Shown here piece after piece: positions 11,163 to 20,627 of a stretch of 64,000 nt of DNA. The translations under genes and the position numbers were made by a program. Each line of letters opens with the position of its first letter. Position 1 is the first letter of the stretch. Below the pieces are notes generated by a model. That model was not told where the DNA came from. It did not search any database and saw only the letters and a program-made list of their open reading frames with translations. The stretch is taken from assembly GCA_046290465.1 (NCBI GenBank), contig JBKAGP010000001.1, positions 4,448,001 to 4,512,000 of the forward strand. The letters run 5' to 3'. The DNA comes from Planctomycetota bacterium (GTDB lineage: Bacteria > Planctomycetota > UBA1135 > UBA2386).

Positions 11163-12776
11163 ATGAACCTCGGACGCGCGGCCGCCACGGCCGCCCTCGC
11201 CCTCGCTCCTCTCGTCGATCACGCCCGCGCCCAGGACCCCGGTCTGCGCGTGGCGCAGCCGATCGGCAACTTCGCGACGCAGCTGCTCGACTCGTCGGGG
11301 GCCGTCGTGCACCAGTGGTTCGGCGGCGGCAACCTGACCGCGCACGTCGCGCCAGACGGCACGCTGCTGCGTGGCCGCCAGGCGTCCGCGATCCCGGTGC
11401 CGGGCCAGACCGGCGGCGTGCAGCGCATCGCGTTCGACGGCACGGTGCTGTGGGACTACTCGCTCGACGGTCCGTTCCTCTACGGCCACCACGACCTCGA
11501 GCCGATGCCGAACGGCAACGTGCTGGTCATCGTCTGGGAGCGCTACACGGTCGCCGACGCGATCGCGCAGGGGCGTGACCCGGCGCTGATCAGCGGCACC
11601 GACTGGCTGCCCGACGGCCTGATCGAGCTGCAGCCGACCGGGCCGACCACGGCCGACGTCGTCTGGCAGTGGCACCTGATCGACCACGTGATCCAGGACT
11701 TCGACGCCAGCAAGCCCAACTTCGGCGTGGTCGCCGACCACCCCGAGCTGCTCGACATCAACTACCCGCAGGTCACGCTGACCGACGGCGACTGGAACCA
11801 CGCCAACGGCATCGACTACGACCCGATCCACGACCTGATCGCGATCAGCGTGCGTTCGCAGAACGAGATCTTCATCATCGACCACTCGACCACCACGGCC
11901 GAGGCGGCCGGGCACACCGGCGGCGCGCGCGGCCGCGGCGGTGACATCCTGTGGCGGTGGGGCAACCCGGCGGCCTACCGCGCCGGCACCGCCAACGACC
12001 AGCAGCTCGACGGCCAGCACGACCCGCGGTTCGTGCCGCCGGGCTACCCGGGTGCGGGCCACCTGACGCTGTTCAACAACCGGCACACGCCGACCGAATC
12101 GGCCGTCTACGAGCTGGTGCTGCCGATCGACGCAGCCGGCAACCTGTCGATCGATCCGGTCACCGGCACCTACGGGCCGGCCGCGCCGGTGTGGCAGTTC
12201 GCCGAACCGGGCTTCTTCTCCAACGTCACGTCGAGCGCCGAACGCCTGCCCAACGGCAACACGCTGATCTGCAGCGGCACGCAGAACCGCGTGTTCGAGG
12301 TGACGCCGGCCGGCCAGACCGTGATGAGTTACGTGCACCCGGCGTCCAACCTGATGTTCCAGGCCAACTACGTCGACCGCACGATGTGGACCAGCCAGGA
12401 GCAGCTGTCGATCACGGGCGACCAGGTCGACTTCGACCACCTGCTCGGCACCGCGCAGGCCAACCGCTACGCGCTGCTGCTCGGTTCGCTGTCGGGGCGC
12501 AGCCCGGGCACGCTGCTGCCGGGCGGCACGCTGCTGCCGCTCAACGCCGACTTCCTGACCGACGCGATGGTGACGCAGTGGAACACCGGCGTGTTCGTCG
12601 ACACGCTGTGCCTGCTCGACGCCAACGGCGCCGGCGCGTCGACGGTGCTGGCGCCGCCGAACGTGATCCCGCCGGCGCTGATCGGGCTGACGCTCGACTT
12701 CGCCCACGTCGTGTTCGACGGCTCGCTGCAGGTCGTGCACGCGAGCAACGCGGTGTCGGTCGAGCTGGTGCAGTAG
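11163..12776 (+). CDS. Secreted aryl-sulfate sulfotransferase (ASST)-like beta-propeller with extra C-terminal domain
   Basis: Signal peptide; HHDLEPMPNGN, DWNHANGIDY, QHD, SSAERLPNGNTLI are ASST-type motifs. Confidence 0.82.
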   Translation: MNLGRAAATAALALAPLVDHARAQDPGLRVAQPIGNFATQLLDSSGAVVHQWFGGGNLTAHVAPDGTLLRGRQASAIPVPGQTGGVQRIAFDGTVLWDYSLDGPFLYGHHDLEPMPNGNVLVIVWERYTVADAIAQGRDPALISGTDWLPDGLIELQPTGPTTADVVWQWHLIDHVIQDFDASKPNFGVVADHPELLDINYPQVTLTDGDWNHANGIDYDPIHDLIAISVRSQNEIFIIDHSTTTAEAAGHTGGARGRGGDILWRWGNPAAYRAGTANDQQLDGQHDPRFVPPGYPGAGHLTLFNNRHTPTESAVYELVLPIDAAGNLSIDPVTGTYGPAAPVWQFAEPGFFSNVTSSAERLPNGNTLICSGTQNRVFEVTPAGQTVMSYVHPASNLMFQANYVDRTMWTSQEQLSITGDQVDFDHLLGTAQANRYALLLGSLSGRSPGTLLPGGTLLPLNADFLTDAMVTQWNTGVFVDTLCLLDANGAGASTVLAPPNVIPPALIGLTLDFAHVVFDGSLQVVHASNAVSVELVQ

Positions 12777-12839
12777 CGGGGCTCGAGTTCGTCAGCGCGC
12801 CGGTGCCGTTGACGATCCGCAAGTGACCGAAGCCGCGGC

Positions 12840-13718
12840 TCAGACCGAGTCAAGGCCGTCGATCCAGCACGGGCCGGCGGGCGGCATCGCCGCGCGCACC
12901 ATCGGCCCGGGCACGGCGATCTCGTCGAGCACCTGCGCCTGCAGCCGTTCGCGCAGTTCGACACGGTAGGGCGGCAGCAGCAGCGCGCATTCGATCTGGT
13001 CGGTGCAGTGCATCGCGGCCGGGATCAGTCGGGCGAGGTCCTCGTCGCTGCCGCCGAGCTCGTGCCAGTGGCCCTGCAGATCGGCGCCCTTGCCGGTGCA
13101 GGCATAGGCAACCGCTCGGCCGTCGCGTTCGAGCACGACGGTGGTCATGCCGGGCGTCGTCAGCAGCGTCGACATCGTGTGCACCGAACGTTCGATGTGG
13201 CGTGGCTTGTGGAGGTGCAGTCCGTGCAGCGCGTGGTGGTCGCGGATGTCCGCCAGGCGCACGCCGTCGAGCTCGCGCCGCGGCCGACGCGCCAGCAGCA
13301 GGCAGGCGTCGTCGCCGGTCTGCACGAAGCCGTGGCGGGCGTAGAGTTCGGGACGTTCGGCCCACAGCAGCACCTCGTCGACGGCGTCGTCGAGCGAGGC
13401 GAGCGCTGCCTGCAGCACCTCTCCGGCGAGGCCGCGGCCGCGCAGCGCCGGGTCGGTGGCGACCGAGCCGAGCAGCGCGACCTCGCGGGTGCCGTCGCGG
13501 TCCCGCAGCGTCGCGGTGCGGTAGGCGCAGTGGCTGAGCAGGCGGTCGCCGTCGGTCAGCACGAAGAACGCGCCGGCCCCGTCGTTGCGGTACAGCTGCG
13601 GCCAGGTCTGCTGCACGCCGTAGACGGCGCCGTCCAGCAGCCACTGGTCGAGCAGCGGCAGGAACTCCTGCACCTGTTCGCGGTCGAGGCGCCGCACGCT
13701 GTCGGTCAGGGCGCTCAC
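12840..13718 (-). CDS. GNAT family N-acetyltransferase (tandem-GNAT-like), last gene of the flagellar operon
   Basis: GSVATDPALRGRGLA acetyl-CoA motif A and LYARHGF; the GTG start overlaps the TGA of the upstream gene. Confidence 0.8.
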   Translation of the reverse strand: MSALTDSVRRLDREQVQEFLPLLDQWLLDGAVYGVQQTWPQLYRNDGAGAFFVLTDGDRLLSHCAYRTATLRDRDGTREVALLGSVATDPALRGRGLAGEVLQAALASLDDAVDEVLLWAERPELYARHGFVQTGDDACLLLARRPRRELDGVRLADIRDHHALHGLHLHKPRHIERSVHTMSTLLTTPGMTTVVLERDGRAVAYACTGKGADLQGHWHELGGSDEDLARLIPAAMHCTDQIECALLLPPYRVELRERLQAQVLDEIAVPGPMVRAAMPPAGPCWIDGLDSV

Positions 13719-13984
13719 GACATGTGCTTGCGGAACGCTTCTTCGAGCTTCTGCCGCAAGTCCATCGCGGCGACGAAGCCGTCGTCGGCCGTGCGCAGCG
13801 CCTCCTGCAGCGTCTCGGGGGTGTCGACCTCGTCGGCCTTGGGCTGTTCGGCGGCCAGCTTCTGCAGCCGTTCGAGCAGGTCCTGGAACCGCGGCGAACC
13901 TTCCGTCGCCGATGGCGCCGCGGCGGTCGGGGCCACCGCCGCGGTCGAGCCGACCGCGGGGTCGATGCGTGGGATCTCGCTCAT
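13715..13984 (-). CDS. FliE-like small flagellar protein
   Basis: Low-complexity N-terminus, FQDLL, and C-terminus AMDLRQKLEEAFRKHMS resembling the FliE VRNKLVEAYQEIM consensus; ATGA-coupled to flgL. Confidence 0.55.
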   Translation of the reverse strand: MSEIPRIDPAVGSTAAVAPTAAAPSATEGSPRFQDLLERLQKLAAEQPKADEVDTPETLQEALRTADDGFVAAMDLRQKLEEAFRKHMS

Positions 13985-15408
13985 CGCAGGAACCCTTGCA
14001 GGCTGGTCTGCAGCACGCGGGCGCTGACCTGCAGCGCCGTCTGGTAGGACAGGTCCTGACGCTGCAGCTCGAGGATCGACTCGGCGATGTCGGTGTCCTC
14101 GACCAGCGACAGCGACTCGGCGCGCGACACGCGCAGGCCCTCGACGCGGTTCTGCAGCACGTCCATGCTCGACGAACGGAAGCCGAGCTCGCGCAGCCCG
14201 TCGAGCACCGCATCGTGCGCGCTGTCGACCTCACCGAGCAGGTCGCCGATGCGGTCGCGCACGCCGGCGTCGGAGATGTCGCCGTCGTTGACGAGGATAT
14301 CGCGCAGTTCGGCCAGCGTCGTGAACACGTCGAAGGTGCCGCCGTACTTGACGTCGACCACGCCGGTCTGCACCAGGTTGCTCGGGTCGAGGTAGAGCAT
14401 CGAGCCGTTCTCGCTGTTGCGCACCGGTGCGGGCCCGGTGCCGAACAGGTCGACCTCCCGCTGTGTCAGGCCACCGTCGGTCGACAGGTTGGCCTTCGAC
14501 GTGAACGAGCCGGTCGTCGTCGCCGGCACCCCGGTCACGGTCAGCGCGATCTCGCGACCGTCCGCGGTGCGGAACTGGCCGTCGGTCACCGGCACCGGAA
14601 GCGCCGGGCCGCCCTCGATGCTGAGGGTGTCCGGACCGGTCGTGAACACGTAGTTCAGCTGGCCGAGCGCGGTGGTGTTGCCGCTGCCCGCGGTGATCTC
14701 CGCAGGTGCGTCCGTGTGCAGCCCGGCGAACGTGATGTCGAGCTGCGCGAAGCCGATCCCGGTGTCGCCCGAACCGAACGACGCGATGCCGGTCTCGTTC
14801 TCGCCGAAGGCCGGCGAGAACGTCGTCGCGGTGCGGTCGCGCGACAGGAAGATCGAGTCGCCCGGCACGTTGAGCCCGGTCGTCACGCCGGGCGCGACGT
14901 CGACCTCGAGGCTGTCGCGGTTGCCGCTGTAGACGGCGCGCGTGCGGCCGCCGACGGTCTCGAGGCGGAACGGCTGCGAGCCGGTCTCGGTGCCGCCGAA
15001 CAGGTAGCGGTCGCCGCGTCGGCTGTTGGCGATGCCGAGCATCTGGTCGAGCAGCTGGTCGACCTCGGCCGCGACGCTCTGGCGGTCGCTGTTGCTGAGC
15101 GTGCCGTTGGCCGCCTGCGTGGCGAGCTCGCGCACGCGCTGCATGATGCTCGAGCCGTCCTCGAGCGAGGCGGTGCTGGTGTTGAGCGTCTCGCGCGCCA
15201 GCGACACGTTGTTGCTGAGCTGCTCGAGATCGCGGATGTCGCCGCGCAGCGGCAGGATCCGCAGCGCCGCCGCCGGGTCGTCCGACGGCCGGTTGACCCG
15301 GCGGCCGGTCGCGACCTCGGTCTGCAGCTGCGAATAACGGAACAGGCCGCGCTGCATGTCGAACAGCGCGCGCGAGTAGAGCGTTCCTTGTGTGATCCGG
15401 ATCGCCAT
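13981..15408 (-). CDS. flgL: Flagellar hook-associated protein 3
   Basis: MAIRITQ..ATGRRVNRPSDDP, YLFGG, C-terminus DTDIAESILEL..YQTALQVSARVLQTSLQGFLR. Confidence 0.93.
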   Translation of the reverse strand: MAIRITQGTLYSRALFDMQRGLFRYSQLQTEVATGRRVNRPSDDPAAALRILPLRGDIRDLEQLSNNVSLARETLNTSTASLEDGSSIMQRVRELATQAANGTLSNSDRQSVAAEVDQLLDQMLGIANSRRGDRYLFGGTETGSQPFRLETVGGRTRAVYSGNRDSLEVDVAPGVTTGLNVPGDSIFLSRDRTATTFSPAFGENETGIASFGSGDTGIGFAQLDITFAGLHTDAPAEITAGSGNTTALGQLNYVFTTGPDTLSIEGGPALPVPVTDGQFRTADGREIALTVTGVPATTTGSFTSKANLSTDGGLTQREVDLFGTGPAPVRNSENGSMLYLDPSNLVQTGVVDVKYGGTFDVFTTLAELRDILVNDGDISDAGVRDRIGDLLGEVDSAHDAVLDGLRELGFRSSSMDVLQNRVEGLRVSRAESLSLVEDTDIAESILELQRQDLSYQTALQVSARVLQTSLQGFLR

Positions 15409-15410
15409 GC

Positions 15411-17771
15411 CTACCTCCCCAGGTTGATCAGCACGTCGGTCATCTCCTGCGCGACGCTGATGAATCGCGCGGCCGCCTCGTACGACTGCTGGTACTTCAG
15501 CAGGTCGACCATCTCCTCGTCGATGTTGACGCCCGACACCGACTCGCGGTCGGCCTCGAGCTGTCCGAGCAGCTGGTTCTGGGCGTCGAGCGCGCTGCGC
15601 GCGGCCGACGTCTCGAAGCCGATGTCGCCGACCAGGTCGGCGTAGAAGTCCTCGATCGTGTTCGAGTCGAGTTGCGACAGATCGCGATCGCGCAGGCCGA
15701 TCATGCGCGACAGGTTGCCGGCGTCGCCGGTCGCCGCGCCGAGGCCGGCGGCGAGGCGGTCGGGGTTGCCGAGCAGGCTCTCGTTGACCCGGATGTCCGC
15801 GGCCGAGGAGCCGAGGAAGAACGCGTTCATGCCGGTCGCGACCAGGATGTCGCTGGTGTCGCTGTCGGCGAGCGCGTCGAGCGCGAACACCTGACCGTCG
15901 GTCGCCGAGATGTCGCCGGCGCCGAACGAGACGCGGATGCCGTTGCCGAGCGCGATCGGTTCGCCCGGTTCGTACTCACGGCCGACGTCGAGCGTCGTGA
16001 CCAGCTGGCCGTTCTCGTCGAGCACGCGGACCCGCAGGTTGGGGCTGAGGCCGATCGTGCCGTCGCCCTCCGGAACGAACGTGAACTGCTGGTTGTCGAG
16101 GCCTTCGTACGATCCCTCGATCGAGACCTCGATCGGGTTGTCACGGCCGATCGCGGTGGTCGTCGACAGCCCGAGGTCGGTCAGCACCGCGCCGGCGCCA
16201 CCGTTGGTCAGCGTCAGCTCGGACGTGTTGCCGCCCTGGTTGCTCTGGATCACCAGCCGCCCGCCGACCGACGACGCCGTCGCCGCCGTGCCGAGGTCGT
16301 TGTTGATCGCGGCGGCCAGCTCGTCGGCCGTCGCGGCCCCGGGGTTGGCGAAGTCGGTCGCGTCGAGCGTCACGGTGGTCAGCGTCGGCGACGAGGCGGT
16401 GCCGGTGGTCACGTCGAAGCTGACCGGGAACGTCTGGCCCGACAGGTCGTACGGCTCGGCCGCGGTGCTGCCGATCGTCGGGTTGATGCCGCCGAACGTG
16501 CCGCCGTCCGGGTTGGGATCGAGCTGCGGCGAGAAGTCGAAGCCGTAGCCGCTGTCCGAGCTGATGCGCAGGCGGCCGGTCGGGTCGATCGACGCCGAGA
16601 TGTGGTCGATCGCCGAGACCTCGCTGGCGAAGTCCTCGAGCGTCATCGTGTTGGGATCGATGTCGATGCGCGTGCGCTCGAGTTCGCCGGTCTGCGTGTT
16701 GGTCACCGACACGTAGAGCTCGCCCTGCTCGACCGGGAACGCGAAGCCGGCCTGCGCCAGCAGCTCGTCGCCGATCACGCCGTCGCCGTCGCCGTCGACC
16801 GCGCCGTAGGACGCGACCAGCGACTGGAACGGACCCGACGCCGGCATGCCGGTCGAGTGCAGCCGGTTCCACTCGAGGATCGTGCTGCGCGCCAGTTCGT
16901 CGAGGCGCGACGTGAAGCCCGGCAGACCACCCTGTTCCTGGCGGATCAGCGCGGCGATGCGGCCCTCGTTGACCTGCGACGGCGCGCGGTTGTCCCCGAC
17001 GTAGAGCTCGGTCGTGCCGGCGCTGTTCTTGCCGACGCGCAGCTCGGTCGCGCGGCCACCGGCGACCACCAGGTTGCCGCCGACCAGCAGGTCGACGCTG
17101 CCCGACGAACGTTCGATCGCGCGCGTGTCCAGCAGCTTGCCCAGCTCCTTGACGTGCTGGGAGCGCGTGTCGCGCAGGTCGTTGGCGTCCGAGCCGTTGG
17201 CCTCGGCCGAGATGATCTGTTCGTTGAGCCGCGCGATCGCCTGGGTGCGCTGGTTGACCTGGCGCGTCAGCCCGCGGACCTCGTCGAAGGTGCTGCCGCC
17301 GAGGTCGCCGAGCCGCTGCGAGATCAGGTTGAACTGCTGGCTCATGGTGCTGCCGGCCTGGATCAGCCCGCCGCGCAGCGCGCGGTCGGACGGATCGGTG
17401 CGCAGCTGGTCGAGCGAGCCGAACAGGTCCTTGAACGAGTTGGACAGGCCCTCGTCCGGCTCCGCGAAGATGCTCTCGATCTCGCGGTAGCGCATGTCGT
17501 CTAGCTCGGCCGCACCGACCAGTCCCAGCTGGAACTGCAGGCGTCGTTCGAGGCCCTCGTCGACCAGGCGCGAGATGCCGTTGACGTCGACGCCGCTGCC
17601 GATCTGCAGGTTGCCGCCGATGCCGTACGACAAGGCGGTGCCGAGCTCGACGCGCTGGCGCGAATAGCCGGGGGTGTTGGCGTTGGCGACGTTGTTGCCC
17701 GCCGTCTGCATTCCTAGCTGGGCGGCCTTCAGGGCAGCCAGGCCAGATCCGAATCCGAAACCGAAGCTCAT
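15411..17771 (-). CDS. flgK: Flagellar hook-associated protein 1, long form (~786 aa)
   Basis: GNNVANANTPGYSRQ, ANDLRDTR, SGVNIDEEMVDLLKYQQSYEAAAR. Confidence 0.94.
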   Translation of the reverse strand: MSFGFGFGSGLAALKAAQLGMQTAGNNVANANTPGYSRQRVELGTALSYGIGGNLQIGSGVDVNGISRLVDEGLERRLQFQLGLVGAAELDDMRYREIESIFAEPDEGLSNSFKDLFGSLDQLRTDPSDRALRGGLIQAGSTMSQQFNLISQRLGDLGGSTFDEVRGLTRQVNQRTQAIARLNEQIISAEANGSDANDLRDTRSQHVKELGKLLDTRAIERSSGSVDLLVGGNLVVAGGRATELRVGKNSAGTTELYVGDNRAPSQVNEGRIAALIRQEQGGLPGFTSRLDELARSTILEWNRLHSTGMPASGPFQSLVASYGAVDGDGDGVIGDELLAQAGFAFPVEQGELYVSVTNTQTGELERTRIDIDPNTMTLEDFASEVSAIDHISASIDPTGRLRISSDSGYGFDFSPQLDPNPDGGTFGGINPTIGSTAAEPYDLSGQTFPVSFDVTTGTASSPTLTTVTLDATDFANPGAATADELAAAINNDLGTAATASSVGGRLVIQSNQGGNTSELTLTNGGAGAVLTDLGLSTTTAIGRDNPIEVSIEGSYEGLDNQQFTFVPEGDGTIGLSPNLRVRVLDENGQLVTTLDVGREYEPGEPIALGNGIRVSFGAGDISATDGQVFALDALADSDTSDILVATGMNAFFLGSSAADIRVNESLLGNPDRLAAGLGAATGDAGNLSRMIGLRDRDLSQLDSNTIEDFYADLVGDIGFETSAARSALDAQNQLLGQLEADRESVSGVNIDEEMVDLLKYQQSYEAAARFISVAQEMTDVLINLGR

Positions 17772-17790
17772 GGGGGTGGCTCCTCGTGTC

Positions 17791-18321
17791 TCACATGCGG
17801 CCGTCGACCAGCTGGCCGGCGGCGTTGGGTCCATTCAGGTTGCGGGCGCGCCGGTCGTAGCCGGGCGTGCGCGCGTTCTTGGCCGCGCCGAGCACCTCGG
17901 CGCCGATGCCGGACTGCGCGTTCTCAGCGAACTTCAGCAGCCGTTGCCCGAGGGTCGTCTCGGTGCGCACGAGCTTGGCCAGGCGGGTGACCTGGTCGGA
18001 GGCATCGCGCAGCGAGCGTGCCTGCTGCGACGGCAGTGCCGCCGCGATGCGGGTCACGTTGACGTGCAGCTCCTCGGGGCGCGCGCCGGCGGGGGTCGGC
18101 AACGCCTGGCGCAGGCGCTTCAGCAGGCCGCTGCGACGGTCCTCCTCGCCGGCGAGCTGGTGTGAGAGCTGTTCGATCTGCGACGACGGCGCGAGCACGT
18201 CGGGGCGGATCGAGATCCAGGCCGCGCGGCGCGCCTGCAGCGCGTCGAGCAGCTGTTGCAGCAGCGCCCGCGTGGTGCGGAACGACTGCTCGAGCTGGGT
18301 CGCATCCTCAGAGAACGACAT
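17791..18321 (-). CDS. FlgN-like flagellar export chaperone
   Basis: Helical 176-aa protein located between flgJ and flgK; C-terminus GYDRRAR...LVDGRM is typical of FlgN. Confidence 0.6.
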   Translation of the reverse strand: MSFSEDATQLEQSFRTTRALLQQLLDALQARRAAWISIRPDVLAPSSQIEQLSHQLAGEEDRRSGLLKRLRQALPTPAGARPEELHVNVTRIAAALPSQQARSLRDASDQVTRLAKLVRTETTLGQRLLKFAENAQSGIGAEVLGAAKNARTPGYDRRARNLNGPNAAGQLVDGRM

Positions 18322-18709
18322 CGAAACCTCCGTTGGTCGTGGCCTTGGCGGCCATCCATTGCTCCTTGGCCGCGACGCGGCGCAGCTTCTCGGCTGCCTC
18401 CCGGTCGGGCTCGATCGCGCCGTGGCGCTCCATGTCGGCCATCAGCGACGACGCGATGCCGATGCCGCCCGAGCGGGCGAGTTCGTTCGCGACGTTCTGG
18501 TCGAACCAGCCGGCGTAGGTGTCCGCGCCGGGTCCCTTGCCGAACATGCCGCCCTCGCCGCCGAGCGAAGAGGTCGAGCGCAGCGCGCCGACCAGCGTCT
18601 TGACGAACACGGCCTCGAACTGGTTCGCGACCTTCTCCGCCTTGCTGCGCTCGTTCTGCGCCGCGTCCTGCGGCTTGAGCGACATCGTCTCGATGGCGAG
18701 GGTGTCCAT
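18308..18709 (-). CDS. flgJ: Rod-binding FlgJ-like protein (no muramidase domain)
   Basis: KVANQFEAVFVKTLVGALRST..DTYAGWFDQNVANELARSGGIGIA is the Rod-binding domain pattern; follows flgI. Confidence 0.8.
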   Translation of the reverse strand: MDTLAIETMSLKPQDAAQNERSKAEKVANQFEAVFVKTLVGALRSTSSLGGEGGMFGKGPGADTYAGWFDQNVANELARSGGIGIASSLMADMERHGAIEPDREAAEKLRRVAAKEQWMAAKATTNGGFDVVL

Positions 18710-19974
18710 CACTGCACCTCCAGATCGGCGTGCAGGAAGCCGCCCTGGTCGAGGGCGACGAACACCTGCACGAGCTGCGCTGGCGTCAGGCCGAGCGCCT
18801 TCAGGTTCTGCAGCAGGTCTGCGACCGTGGCCCCGCCGCCGCCGATCGGCTGCAGCTCGGTGCTGTTGGTCTGGGCCTCGACGCGCGATCGCCCGACGCG
18901 TTCGGTCGTGCCCTGCGCGAGCGCGTTGGGCTGCGACACGAAGTCCTCCTCGACGATGGCGATGGTCAGCTCGCTGAGGCCGACGACGCACGGGCTGATC
19001 AGCACGCCCTCGCCGGCCAGCACGGTGCCGCTGGTCTGGTCGATGGTGACCTTGGTCGGGTTCTCGACGGCGACGCGCACGTTGCCGATCAGGCCGAGCA
19101 CCTGCATGGCGTTCTCGCTGGTGCGCTGCTCGAACGGCATCTCGATGCGAACCAGCGACGGGTCGACCGCCGAGATCTTCATGCCCATGCCGGCCAGCGC
19201 GGTGGTCACGCCGCTGGCGACCGACGACGAGTTGAACGGGCTCGGGTTGAGCAGGCGCAGCTCGAGCGCGCCCGACTCGCTGAAGAACGACGACTCCATC
19301 GGTCGCACGACCAGGCCGCCGTTGAGCAGGTGCGCGGTCGCGTTGGGGTTCTTCTGCACCGACGCGTTCTGGCCCTTGGCGGTGAAGCCCGCGACCGTCA
19401 GCGGCCCCATCGCGACGACGTAGTCCTGGCCGTCGACGCCGCGCAGCACGGCGCGCAGCAGCTGGCCGCCGCGCAGCGACTGCGCGTCGCTCAGCACCTG
19501 GCACTTGACGTCGAGGCGCGTGCCTTCCTTGGCGAACGGCGGCAGCTCACAGGTCAGCGAGACCAGCGCGGTGGTACCGCCGGTGACGTCGCCGATCGTC
19601 AGGTTGAGGTCGTGCTGCTTGATGAAGTTGAGGATCGCCTGCCGGGTGCCGCGGTCGCTGGCGCCCTGGCCCGGCACCAGGCCGGAGACCAGGCCGACGC
19701 CGGTCAGCATGTGCGGCATCATGTTGGCGACCTTGGTGACGCTGCTGATGCGCGGCGACAGCACGGTCTGGCCGAGGCGGTTGAGGCGCACCGGCGCGAG
19801 CGGGCTGATCGTCGGCTCCTGCGTCGGAGCAGGCGCGGGCAGCGGCGTGCCGGTCGGGTCCTGGTTCGTCAGCGGCGTCTGCGGCTGGCCGCCGGTCGGC
19901 GCCTGCGCCACCGCGAACGTCGTCAGCAACGTCGCGAGCGAGCAGCGAATCTTGTCGGCGAAGGTAAAGCGCAT
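18709..19974 (-). CDS. flgI: Flagellar P-ring protein
   Basis: LTGVGLVSGL, ELPPFAKEG, AQSLRGGQL, KVTIDQTSGTV, ALDQGGFLHADLEVQ. Confidence 0.92.
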   Translation of the reverse strand: MRFTFADKIRCSLATLLTTFAVAQAPTGGQPQTPLTNQDPTGTPLPAPAPTQEPTISPLAPVRLNRLGQTVLSPRISSVTKVANMMPHMLTGVGLVSGLVPGQGASDRGTRQAILNFIKQHDLNLTIGDVTGGTTALVSLTCELPPFAKEGTRLDVKCQVLSDAQSLRGGQLLRAVLRGVDGQDYVVAMGPLTVAGFTAKGQNASVQKNPNATAHLLNGGLVVRPMESSFFSESGALELRLLNPSPFNSSSVASGVTTALAGMGMKISAVDPSLVRIEMPFEQRTSENAMQVLGLIGNVRVAVENPTKVTIDQTSGTVLAGEGVLISPCVVGLSELTIAIVEEDFVSQPNALAQGTTERVGRSRVEAQTNSTELQPIGGGGATVADLLQNLKALGLTPAQLVQVFVALDQGGFLHADLEVQ

Positions 19975-19992
19975 CGTCGTTCCTCCGAGGAT

Positions 19993-20619
19993 CTAGAAGG
20001 GCCACGCGGCCCAGACCAGCGTGTCGAAGAGTTGCCCGATCGGGCCGCGGGTGACCTGACGCGTGTTGGCGCCTTCGCCGGTGATCGCGATGCGGGCGTC
20101 GGCGACCATCGCGCTGCCGATGGTGTTGGCGGGGGTGACGTCGAGCGGGCGGACCAGGCCGCTGATGCGCAGCGTGCGGGTCTCGTCGTTGAGCTTGACC
20201 GAGCGCGTGCCGGCGACGACCAGGTTGCCGTTGGGCTGCACGTCGAGCACCACCACGGCGATGCTGGCGCGCACGTCGCTGTTGGTGTTCTGCTTGGCCT
20301 CGCCGTTGAAGTCCTGCTCCTTGCGGATGTCGATGCGCGGCAGGATGTTCTCGTTGAACGTCTTGTTGCTCAGCGAGTAGGCCTCGAGACGCGCGGCCAG
20401 CGAGGTGTCGTTGCGGCGCTCGACCTTCTCCTCGTTGCGGACCTGCGTCTGCTCCTGGATCATCACGGTCAGGATGTCGCCGACGTGGCGGGCGCGCTGG
20501 TCGGCGATCGACGCGATGCGCACGCCGGCTTTGCGGTAGGGGTTCTGGGCCGCGACGTTCGCGGCGAGGGCGCCGACGCAGAGCGCGAGCGTGAGGGTCT
20601 TGCTCAGGGTGAAGGTCAT
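19993..20619 (-). CDS. flgH: Flagellar L-ring protein
   Basis: DQRARHVGDILTVMIQE, VLDVQPNGNLVVAGTR, SGLVRPLDV..NTI.S..VADARI, C-terminal WPF. Confidence 0.92.
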   Translation of the reverse strand: MTFTLSKTLTLALCVGALAANVAAQNPYRKAGVRIASIADQRARHVGDILTVMIQEQTQVRNEEKVERRNDTSLAARLEAYSLSNKTFNENILPRIDIRKEQDFNGEAKQNTNSDVRASIAVVVLDVQPNGNLVVAGTRSVKLNDETRTLRISGLVRPLDVTPANTIGSAMVADARIAITGEGANTRQVTRGPIGQLFDTLVWAAWPF

Positions 20620-20627
20620 GGTGGGCT

